IMG/VR virus record: IMGVR_UViG_3300020045_006068
Location: 1 to 24,530 of that record
DNA: 24,530 nt
Source of the DNA: a virus
Taxonomy: Duplodnaviria; Caudoviricetes
Reading direction: 5' to 3' (one strand)
A program made the translations under genes and the position numbers. Shown in pieces: positions 15,465 to 23,600 of the stretch. The first letter of the stretch is position 1. Every line of letters starts with the position of its first letter. The notes beneath the pieces were generated by a model that worked only from the letters and a program-made list of their open reading frames with translations, did no database searches and had not been told where the DNA came from.

Positions 15465-16151
15465 ATGGCAGCAACGACAGAACCAGTTGATATTGGAGCA
15501 CCAGAAGTACCGGAATCGCCAACAATTGACCCAAAGGAATTTGAGGCGATAAAAGGCAATTACGAAAAGGCCACGCAGGAGCTTGAGCGGTTCAAGGCAA
15601 AACATGCAGAGGCTGAAAAACACCGGAAGGAGCAGGAGCAGGCAACGCGCAAGGCGATGGAAGAGGCCGCAAAAAAATCAGGTGACGTTGAAGCCCTCGA
15701 AAAAAGTTGGAAAGAAAAGCTGGAAAGCGTTACTGGTGAATACTCGCAAAAGCAACAAGCATACGAACGCATGGTCGAAAGCCTAACAATAGGCGCGACA
15801 AGCACAAGCATAGCGGCTGACATTGCAATGGATGGCTGCGTTGAGGGCTTAATTCCTCATATCCGCACGAGGATTCGCACGGTCATTGAAAACGACCAGG
15901 CAACTGTTAAGGTGATTGACAAAAACGGCAACCTTAGCGCAATGACCATTGATGACCTTAAAAAAGAGCTTAAGGCAACCAGCTACCTTGCCCCGCTCAT
16001 CAAAGGATCAAACGCGAGCGGCACAGGCCACAATGGTGCAGGCGCGAAAGGCGCGGCGGGCGCAAAAGAAGCAACCCGCGCTGATTTTGACGCAATGAAT
16101 CCTGTGCAGCGGTTTGAATTTGTCAAAAAAGGTGGAAAGGTTGTTGATTGA
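15465..16151 (+). CDS. capsid scaffolding protein
   Basis: Charged coiled coil, ALEKSWKEK, G-rich C-terminal linker; directly before the coat gene. Confidence 0.8.
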   Translation: MAATTEPVDIGAPEVPESPTIDPKEFEAIKGNYEKATQELERFKAKHAEAEKHRKEQEQATRKAMEEAAKKSGDVEALEKSWKEKLESVTGEYSQKQQAYERMVESLTIGATSTSIAADIAMDGCVEGLIPHIRTRIRTVIENDQATVKVIDKNGNLSAMTIDDLKKELKATSYLAPLIKGSNASGTGHNGAGAKGAAGAKEATRADFDAMNPVQRFEFVKKGGKVVD

Positions 16152-16180
16152 TCCATAAAAACATGTTTTAATGACTAAAA

Positions 16181-16305
16181 ATGCTGTAAGGCCGTGCCAT
16201 TAGCATAAATTAACATATCAAATGCGGCAGTGCCGCACATCAAGTCAGTGGCTTGATAATGACAAAAAAAATCATTATCGGGCGCTGGCTTTTTTTATGC
16301 CCCGA
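16181..16305 (+). promoter_or_regulatory. structured leader of the coat gene (three C-NGU-G triloop hairpins plus others)
   Basis: GGC-CGT-GCC (16190-16198, extended by ATGCT/AGCAT), TGCGGC-AGT-GCCGCA (16223-16237), ATCAAGTC-AGT-GGCTTGAT (16239-16257), GATAATGA/TCATTATC (16255-16279). Confidence 0.6.
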
Positions 16306-16332
16306 ATTTCAACAAAATTTAGGACATAAAAA

Positions 16333-17487
16333 ATGGCCAACACAATCACTTCGCTTTTTCCAGACCTGTATAACGCATTGGATGTTGTATCTAATGAATT
16401 GGTTGGATTTATTCCGGCCGTATCATCTGACATGACTTTCGAGCGGGCAGCTGTAGGTCAGACAGTGCGCTCTCCAGTTGCGCCAACCGCCACAGCAACC
16501 GACATCACCCCGGGCGTTACCCCCCCGGACGACGGCGATCAAACAATCGGCAACGTGCCAATGAGCATCACCAAGTCGCGCCGCGTTCCGGTGCGTTGGA
16601 ATGGTGAACAGCGATTGGCGTTAGACAACAACGGCGCTCAATTTAACGTAATCTTGCGAGACCAGTTTGCACAGGCAATGCGGGCATTGGCAAACGAAAT
16701 CGAGGAAGACCTTGCAGCATTGCACTCATACGCATCACGCGCATACGGCACAGCGGGAACGACCCCTTTTGCATCAACCCTTTCAGACCCCGCACAAGTG
16801 CGCAAAATCTTGGTTGATAACGGTGCGCCCACTTCCGACTTGCAATTGGTCATTGACACTACGGCGGGTGCAAACATGCGAGCATTGGCGCAATTGACAA
16901 AAGCCAACGAAGCAAACGACACAAATTTGTTGCGCAAAGGCACATTGCTTGACTTGCACGGCTTCCAAATTCGTGAATCAGGCCAAGTAAAAACATCAAC
17001 CGCAGGCACGGGCGCAAGCGCGACCACCAACACCGCCGGTTATGCCATTGGCGCCACCGTTATCACGTTGGCATCCGCAGGCACAGGCACAATTGTTGCC
17101 GGTGACGTGATCACCTTTGCAGGCGACACAAACAAATATGTGGTTGCATCAGGCGATTCCGACACATCGAACGGCGGGACAATCACGCTCGCAGCACCTG
17201 GACTTAAAAAAGCCTTGGCGGCTTCTGCCATTGCAATCACCGTCATTGCGGCAGCGGTGCGCAATATCGCATTTGACCGCAACGCGATTGCCCTTGCGAC
17301 GCGCGCCCCAGCATTGCCACCACAGGGCGACATTGCAACAGACCGTACAATTATCACGCACCCAATTAGCGGATTGTCGTTTGAGGTTGCGCAATATCCG
17401 CAATACCGCCAAAACCAATATGAGATATCCATTGCTTGGGGAGTTGCTGCGGTTAAACCTGCGCACATTGCGCTGTTGTTGGGTTAA
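16333..17487 (+). CDS. major capsid protein, P22 coat-like family
   Basis: MANT...ALDVVSNELVGFIPAV, QAMRALANEIE, Thr/Ala/Gly-rich insertion domain, AWGVAAVKP...LLG; AGGA RBS. Confidence 0.92.
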   Translation: MANTITSLFPDLYNALDVVSNELVGFIPAVSSDMTFERAAVGQTVRSPVAPTATATDITPGVTPPDDGDQTIGNVPMSITKSRRVPVRWNGEQRLALDNNGAQFNVILRDQFAQAMRALANEIEEDLAALHSYASRAYGTAGTTPFASTLSDPAQVRKILVDNGAPTSDLQLVIDTTAGANMRALAQLTKANEANDTNLLRKGTLLDLHGFQIRESGQVKTSTAGTGASATTNTAGYAIGATVITLASAGTGTIVAGDVITFAGDTNKYVVASGDSDTSNGGTITLAAPGLKKALAASAIAITVIAAAVRNIAFDRNAIALATRAPALPPQGDIATDRTIITHPISGLSFEVAQYPQYRQNQYEISIAWGVAAVKPAHIALLLG

Positions 17488-17493
17488 TCAGCT

Positions 17494-17670
17494 ATGGAAA
17501 CCATAAAAGTTAATCCTTGGTCAGCAGATCAAGGAGATTTTGTTGTCATCAATGCGGCTGATTTTGACCCGCTGTTGCATACGGCATTTGATGCGCAGCC
17601 AAAAAAACAAGCAGCTACGCCGAAAAACGCACTAAAAGACTTGGGCGGGAACAGTGGCATTGGTGGTTGA
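17494..17670 (+). CDS. small post-capsid protein (58 aa)
   Basis: METIKVNPWSADQGDFVVINAADFDPLLH...; fills the gap; not in the ORF track. Confidence 0.7.
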   Translation: METIKVNPWSADQGDFVVINAADFDPLLHTAFDAQPKKQAATPKNALKDLGGNSGIGG

Positions 17671-18166
17671 AAATGGGGCTATAGTCGCAGGCGCTAATTC
17701 TTTGGTTAGCGTCAGTGATTACGTTTCATATTGCGCCTCGCTTGGCGTGACGATAACAGACACGGCAGCGGCTGAAGTTGATCTTTTAAAGGCAATGCAG
17801 GTGCTAGCCACTAAAGAGCCACTTTTGATGGGATTTCGCGTCGTGCGCGACCAGCCTTTATGCTTTCCGCGCACGGGGCTGTGCATTGACGGATGGGCTT
17901 GGCAACATGACGAGATACCATTCCATGCAAAAAACGCACAGATGGCGCTGGCGCTTGACTATAAAAACGGCATCGACCCTTTAAACCCCGAACCGGCAAA
18001 ACAGGCTGTGACCAATGAAACCGTAGTTGGGGCAGTAAGCGTAAGTTATGCAAATCAACCTACCGGCGGCTTTATCACCGTGCAGTCACTGGCCACGAAA
18101 TGGCTAAACATGTTGCTTAAGGCTGGCGGAAACAGCCGCTATTCAGTGCCGTTGCTGCGGTCATGA
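17654..18166 (+). CDS. head-tail adaptor (DnaT-like annotated family)
   Basis: MALVVENG...GANSLVSV, QPLCFPR, IP...KNAQ, ETVVGAVSVSY. Confidence 0.85.
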   Translation: MALVVENGAIVAGANSLVSVSDYVSYCASLGVTITDTAAAEVDLLKAMQVLATKEPLLMGFRVVRDQPLCFPRTGLCIDGWAWQHDEIPFHAKNAQMALALDYKNGIDPLNPEPAKQAVTNETVVGAVSVSYANQPTGGFITVQSLATKWLNMLLKAGGNSRYSVPLLRS

Positions 18167-18516
18167 GCGCTTTTTACGACAACATGGCGGCAATGGCGGT
18201 CAGGTTGCTTGATAAGTTTGGCTATGCGGTGCAAGTAAAGCGCGTTGGCTCAAAATCGGTAAACCCCATAACCGGTGGCGTAACCGGCACGGCAACAACC
18301 TACACCGTACAGGGCATATTGCAGCCTTACCCAGATGCACTAATCAACGGCACCAGCATCCTGTCCAGTGACAGGATTTTGATCATTGACGCGCAACACG
18401 AGCCATTGATAACCGATAAATTTGTGATTCAAGGGCAGGATTGGGCGGCAATAAGCATAAAGGCCAGCAATCCAGCCGGTATGGCGTTGGTTTATTTTGT
18501 GCAGGTGCGGCGGTGA
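18163..18516 (+). CDS. head closure / head-tail joining protein
   Basis: Synteny; FY..MA..A.RLL.KFG, INGTSILSSD, P.G....Y.VQVRR. Confidence 0.75.
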   Translation: MSAFYDNMAAMAVRLLDKFGYAVQVKRVGSKSVNPITGGVTGTATTYTVQGILQPYPDALINGTSILSSDRILIIDAQHEPLITDKFVIQGQDWAAISIKASNPAGMALVYFVQVRR

Positions 18517-18890
18517 GGCTTGATCTTGAGGGCTACGCGCAGGCGCTACAGGCAGAACTTGCAGAGGTGTGTGTCAATGTCAAGCTTAGCCTGTTCAACG
18601 GCATCATACGTGACACCCGCGTTGACACAGGCAGGCTTCGCGGAAACTGGCAAACCAGCACTGGGCAGCCGATTTTGAGCGATATAGAAAGGCTTGACAA
18701 TACGGCGCAAGGGACAGACGGAGGCGTATCACAAGCACAAGCAGAGGGCGTAATAACGGCATTTGCGGATGATTACATATCCAACAACCTGCCATACGCT
18801 GAAAAGTGGGACAACGTTGATGGGCGCATTGATGCAAACTTTGCGCGGATTGACCGCAACATTCAAGAGGCCATAGCCGGTGGCCGTTGA
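18513..18890 (+). CDS. neck / tail completion protein (HK97 gp10-like)
   Basis: VDTGRLRGNWQ and ISNNLPYA; GTG 18513 coupled to the upstream stop. Confidence 0.8.
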   Translation: MRLDLEGYAQALQAELAEVCVNVKLSLFNGIIRDTRVDTGRLRGNWQTSTGQPILSDIERLDNTAQGTDGGVSQAQAEGVITAFADDYISNNLPYAEKWDNVDGRIDANFARIDRNIQEAIAGGR

Positions 18891-19278
18891 GCTGACACAA
18901 GCATTCGTCCAGTCATTTATTGAGGGTGATTTTGGGTTTGAAATCGCTTACGAGAACACTGACTTTACGCCAACTGCCGGAACGCCTTACGCAGAGCTTA
19001 GGATGTTTGGCAATGACATAACGCCATTCAGCTTATCAGATAGCGACCAAACCGATGGGGTGTTTAAGGTCACCCTTAATTTTGTGCGCGGCGATGGCGA
19101 CATAAACCCAAAGATATTGGCACAGCAGGTCATTGACTGCTTTTATATCGGGCGTGAAATCAGTTATGAAGGAGTCACGGCTACGGTGACAAAAAAACGT
19201 ATAACGGACACAAGCACGGGTGACGGATGGTACAAACTGACCGTTACCATTTTTTACAAAGCATTTTTAATTAGATAG
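18880..19278 (+). CDS. tail terminator protein
   Basis: IAYEN..FTP..GTPY, GVFKVTL, GWYKLTVTIFYKA; precedes the tail tube gene. Confidence 0.8.
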   Translation: MAVELTQAFVQSFIEGDFGFEIAYENTDFTPTAGTPYAELRMFGNDITPFSLSDSDQTDGVFKVTLNFVRGDGDINPKILAQQVIDCFYIGREISYEGVTATVTKKRITDTSTGDGWYKLTVTIFYKAFLIR

Positions 19279-19288
19279 AGGATTTAAC

Positions 19289-19747
19289 ATGGCATTAACA
19301 CCAAAACTTTCTGTCGAAGCGACTCTCAGCGTATCGGTTGGAGTTCCGGCAACTTTTGACGCAGCAGGGTACGGCGCATTGACCTACACAGAAGTTGGGC
19401 AGGTTGATTCAATTGGCAACTTCGGCGCAACTTTCCAATCAAGTGATTTTACGCCACTCAAAACCGGACTTGTCCAGATTTTGCTGGGCAGCAAGAAAAA
19501 CGGGACAGTCACAGTATCGATGGCGGACATCCCAGACGATGCCGGACAAATCTTGTTTCAAGCAGCAACAACCGGCGGCACTCAACGCGATTTACACGCC
19601 ATAAAAATCGTGGATTCGCACGGTTACACGGAATATTTCCAGGCGTACATTGGCAAATTTGAAAAACAGATGGGCGATGCCAACAAAGTCAAGATGCGTT
19701 CGGCTGAGCTTATGATCAACACAGAGATAGTCACCGACGCCCCATAA
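19289..19747 (+). CDS. major tail tube protein
   Basis: PATFDAAGYGALTYTEVG, GS...G, DDAGQ; GAGGA RBS; synteny. Confidence 0.85.
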   Translation: MALTPKLSVEATLSVSVGVPATFDAAGYGALTYTEVGQVDSIGNFGATFQSSDFTPLKTGLVQILLGSKKNGTVTVSMADIPDDAGQILFQAATTGGTQRDLHAIKIVDSHGYTEYFQAYIGKFEKQMGDANKVKMRSAELMINTEIVTDAP

Positions 19748-19753
19748 AACCAG

Positions 19754-19847
19754 TTTGCCGTAAGGCAAAACGCAGCCCTTACTTTTCCTGTCGTGGGTTC
19801 GGGCTGCACCTAATTTTAAAACACGGCAGGACAAACAACAGACAGGA
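19754..19847 (+). promoter_or_regulatory. GNRA hairpin plus H-type pseudoknot in the tail-chaperone leader
   Basis: TTTGCC-GTAA-GGCAAA; stem 19772-19778/19801-19807; loop 19786-19795 pairs with 19822-19831 or with the RBS region 19841-19847. Confidence 0.6.
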
Positions 19848-19853
19848 TTTAAC

Positions 19854-20258
19854 ATGGATTTATCAACACTCGCAATCAAAAAAGACCACACCGAATTTTT
19901 GCAACTTGAACACCCAGTCATTGGGCAATTGTGGCAGGACGAGGAAAAGACCGTGCCGGTCACGATTGAGCTTTACAGCCCTTCAAGCGACAAGATTGTG
20001 CGCTATGAAAAACGGATGTTAAGCAAGGCGCTGACGCGCCACAAAAAAAATGAAGATTTAGACGCAAATTTAGCAGAAGAAAACCGCATAACGCGCCTGA
20101 TCGAGTTTACATCCGGTGTTAATGGCCTTGAGATTGAAGGCGTAACAGTCACTACAGAGGCGCAAGTCAGAAAAATTTACGCAAACAAGGAATTGGGCTG
20201 GATTCATGAACAGGTTGAAGCCAAACTCAAAAACTGGAAAACTTTTTTGTCGGAATAG
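19854..20258 (+). CDS. tail assembly chaperone (gpG-like)
   Basis: Between tail tube and tape measure genes; ends ...NWKTFLSE with slippery T TTT TTG. Confidence 0.85.
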   Translation: MDLSTLAIKKDHTEFLQLEHPVIGQLWQDEEKTVPVTIELYSPSSDKIVRYEKRMLSKALTRHKKNEDLDANLAEENRITRLIEFTSGVNGLEIEGVTVTTEAQVRKIYANKELGWIHEQVEAKLKNWKTFLSE

Positions 20259-20662
20259 CTGCAGGGGCTTGTGATTTTGCAGGCCACAGGGGCTGGCTAT
20301 CGGCCAGCCCTGACCGTGGCAAGAAGATAGAAAGCCAGACGTATGCAAAGATACACGAGAACAACGAGATAGTGCAGGACATAACCGTTGAAGATGATGC
20401 GGCTATGCTCTTCGGAATCGCAGAAAGTTGCGGACTTTACCAACCGAGCGGCATGGGCATCAACCACACGTCATGGGCAGAAATTAAGGCGTGGCAAGAA
20501 TCAACTGGATATTGTGGGTTATGGCTTTCTGAATCGGTAATGGCAATATCGAAGGCGTTTGTAAGCGCATATAACGAATATAACGACAAGCCGGTTAGTA
20601 TGTCACCGTTAGACCCTCGAACGCTTGACCTTTTAGAAATACAACGGAGCAAAAATGCCTGA
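20243..20662 (+). CDS. tail assembly chaperone -1 frameshift extension (gpGT-like; fusion 19854..20662)
   Basis: The -1 frame is open from the heptamer 20243-20249 (FVGIAAGACDFAGHRGWLS...) through ORF 20372..20662 (SWAEIKAWQESTG). Confidence 0.8.
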   Translation, partial: FFVGIAAGACDFAGHRGWLSASPDRGKKIESQTYAKIHENNEIVQDITVEDDAAMLFGIAESCGLYQPSGMGINHTSWAEIKAWQESTGYCGLWLSESVMAISKAFVSAYNEYNDKPVSMSPLDPRTLDLLEIQRSKNA

Positions 20663-23600
20663 TATTCGCAGCTTAGTGATACGTGCAGATACCCGCGATG
20701 TTGCCAATGCTTCTGTCAATTTGGATCGTTTGGCGCAGTCTACGCGCACCCTGAACACAAGCCTAAACCAGAGCAGGGACGGGCTTGGAAGTTATCAAGC
20801 GGCATTGGCCAGAATATCACAATCAACCACATCCGCCGAAAGGGCTTTAATTAGCGCAAACGGCGCATTTTCATCATACGCAAATTCATTGCGTTCTATT
20901 GTGCCACAAATAAACGCCGTAAACTCAGCAATGGGTACGATTGGCGCAAGCGCAGCGGCAGCAGGGGGACACACATCAACCGCATCTGCCAGAATGGTTG
21001 CAGGCATGACAGGTGCGGCAACGGCAGCACAGAACGCAGCACGGGCAACAGCAGCAGCAACTGGATCAATCAGCGCTGGCATGGCTGGCGCATCAACGGC
21101 CACACAAAACGCAGCAAATACGGCAACGGCAGCACTATCAGGCATGGCCAATAATTCACGCGCCAGCATGGCAGCAATGACCGAGGCAATGGTTGCCAAC
21201 CTTAACCAAATCAATGCGACGCTTTTGCGCATGAGCGCCAACGCCTCAAACACAGGCGGAGGAATTGGAAACCTTGGGGCAGGCGCAGGGCAAGCGGCTG
21301 GAAACGTAGGAAACCTTGGTGGGGCAATCGGTGTAGCCAATAACTTTCTGGCGGCCTTTGGGGTTACGCTAGGCGCTGTTGGATTGGCGCAATTTGCGCG
21401 TGAAATTTTTAACGTAAGCAAGCAGTTTGAAAACATGCAAATCCAGGCGCGCGCGGTATTCGGCACGATGCAAGAGGGAATGCTTGCAATCAAGCTGGCT
21501 CAAAAGCTGGACTTGGCATCGCCTTTCAATCTGCAAGGGATCGAAGCGGCAATGATCAAGCTCAAAACAATGGGGCTTGAGCCAACTGAAAAAGTCATGA
21601 AGTCTTTGCTCGACACGGCGGCATTTATAGGACAAGGTGACGAAGGATTGAGCGGATTTATTTTGCAGCTTGGGCAAGCGTGGGGCAAAGGCAGACTGCA
21701 ATTGGTTGATGCCAAGCTGATGATGGAGCGCGGGATTCCAGTCATCAAAGCATTTACGCAGGTTACCGGATTGCAGGAGGATGCGTTTTATAAAATGTCG
21801 GAAGCCGGAACAATTGGCCGCGACACCATGCTAAAAATGATCGAGGCAATGGGGCAGATTACCGGAGGCAGCGCATGGCTGGCAATGGAAAGCATGGATG
21901 GCAAAATATCAAATTTAAGCAGCGCATGGGGTAAGCTGGCATCCTCTTTCAAAGACACGTCAGCGTGGGCGGCGATGAAGATTGTCATTGAAGATTGGGC
22001 GCTAACGCTTGACGCGGTCAGGGAAAAAATAGAAGGTGTAACAAAAGTATCACCAGTCTCTTCCCTTGATTCTCAAGTGTCTGCGCAATACAGCAAGGTC
22101 ACAGCAATGCAAACGCGCAGCAATCCGTCTAAAGAATGGCTGTCACAACTGACCGAAGAATCTGCCAAGCTTGCCGGGCTTATTGAAACCAGAAAAATTG
22201 CGCTAGGCTTGGCAAAAGATGAAGATAAAGCAGAGCAAGGACTAAAAGACGCGCAACAAAAACGGCTTGATGAGTCAGTATTAAAGCAAACCGAGATAAA
22301 CGGCATCACTGAAGATGCCATAAACCTGCGCAAAGACGGCATGACCAGAGAAATTGCAATGGTGACACAGGCATCCAGCCAAGAAGTTGCAATAATCAAA
22401 AACAAGGTTGCCGAAATCGAGTTGCTTTATACATCCGGCGCCGTGTCAATGTCGGATTACTTTGCGCAAAAAGCAGGCCTGATTAATCAACAGTTTGACG
22501 CACAGGCGCAGGGCATCAAAGATCAGCTTGGAATTGTAAACAATGCAATGGCTGAATTGCCTTCAAGCGCCACCACAATCAAATTTAAGCTTGACACAAA
22601 AAACCTTGATGGCCAGATGGCGGGATTTGTTGATAAGTTTGGTGCGCAAATATCAAAAATATCCGGACAGCTTAAGATACCTTTCGAGCTTATTGCCTCA
22701 CAATTGGCGCTTGAAACGGGCTATGGAAGATCAATCATAAAAAATGCCGATGGCTCAAGCACTAACAACCTTGGAAACATAAAAGATTTTAGCGGGAATG
22801 GCGTTCGGGCGTACGACAAGATAGAAAAAAGCAATGACGGCTACAAGGCATACGCATCAGCAGATGATTTTGTGGCTGATTATGTCGCAAAAATAAAGCG
22901 CCAGTGGAGCGGCGCAATGGGCGCTAAAACCGCACAAGAGCTTGCGGCTGGCTTAAAGACCGGAAAACAAGGCGGCTATGCAACAGACCAGAATTATGCT
23001 CAAAAAATTGAATCGATATCATCCAAATTCAAGGGCGTTACGACCACTGCAGATGAGGCTGGCAGCGTACAGCTAAACAAGCAGCGCACCGAGCTTATGC
23101 TACAGCAATCAAAGCTTAGTGGTGATATTTCGGAAAATGAGCGCGCGCGCGGCTTGGCATTAAAAGGCAATGTTGCAGACCAGCTTAAAATCGTAGACGC
23201 TTACATGCAGCAGGGCGAAACGGCGGCGGAAACTTATAACCGTGAAGTGGCATTATTGCAACAAAAAAAGGAATTTGCGCTAAACTCACCAGGCGCAGAC
23301 GTTGGCGCAGTTAACAATGCTTACTTGCAGCAGCTTGACAAGCTTGGCGAAACGCTTTTAAAAAATACGCCGCTGGTGCAAGAATTTGACAGTGCCCAAA
23401 AAGCATATAAAGGCACTGTTGGGAATCTTGAGGAAAGCATTGCTAAACTTAACAAAGCATTTGATATTGGCGCAATCAGCCTGCCTGAATATTATAATCA
23501 GCTTGACAGGCTGTTTGAGTCATTCAACAAAAATGACAAGGGAGCTGAGCAATTCAAGTCAGTTATGGAGGCGCTGGATAAGGAGATTTTGACGGCATCC

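Noticed and set aside
16158-16169. AAAACATGTTTT palindrome, partly echoed at 7600
   Set aside because: Short, AT-rich and plausible by chance.
16223-16257. Iron-responsive-element-like CAGUG loops
   Set aside because: Lacks the CAGUGN hexaloop with bulged-C geometry, and the neighbouring hairpin has CCGUG.
17654-18166. Replication protein DnaT
   Set aside because: Position between coat and neck genes indicates a head-tail adaptor.
19772-19831. HDV-like/theta ribozyme (TCCTGTCGTG loop)
   Set aside because: No P2/P3 nesting, no GG for P1.1 after the 3' strand, and no J4/2 motif; kept only as a simple pseudoknot.
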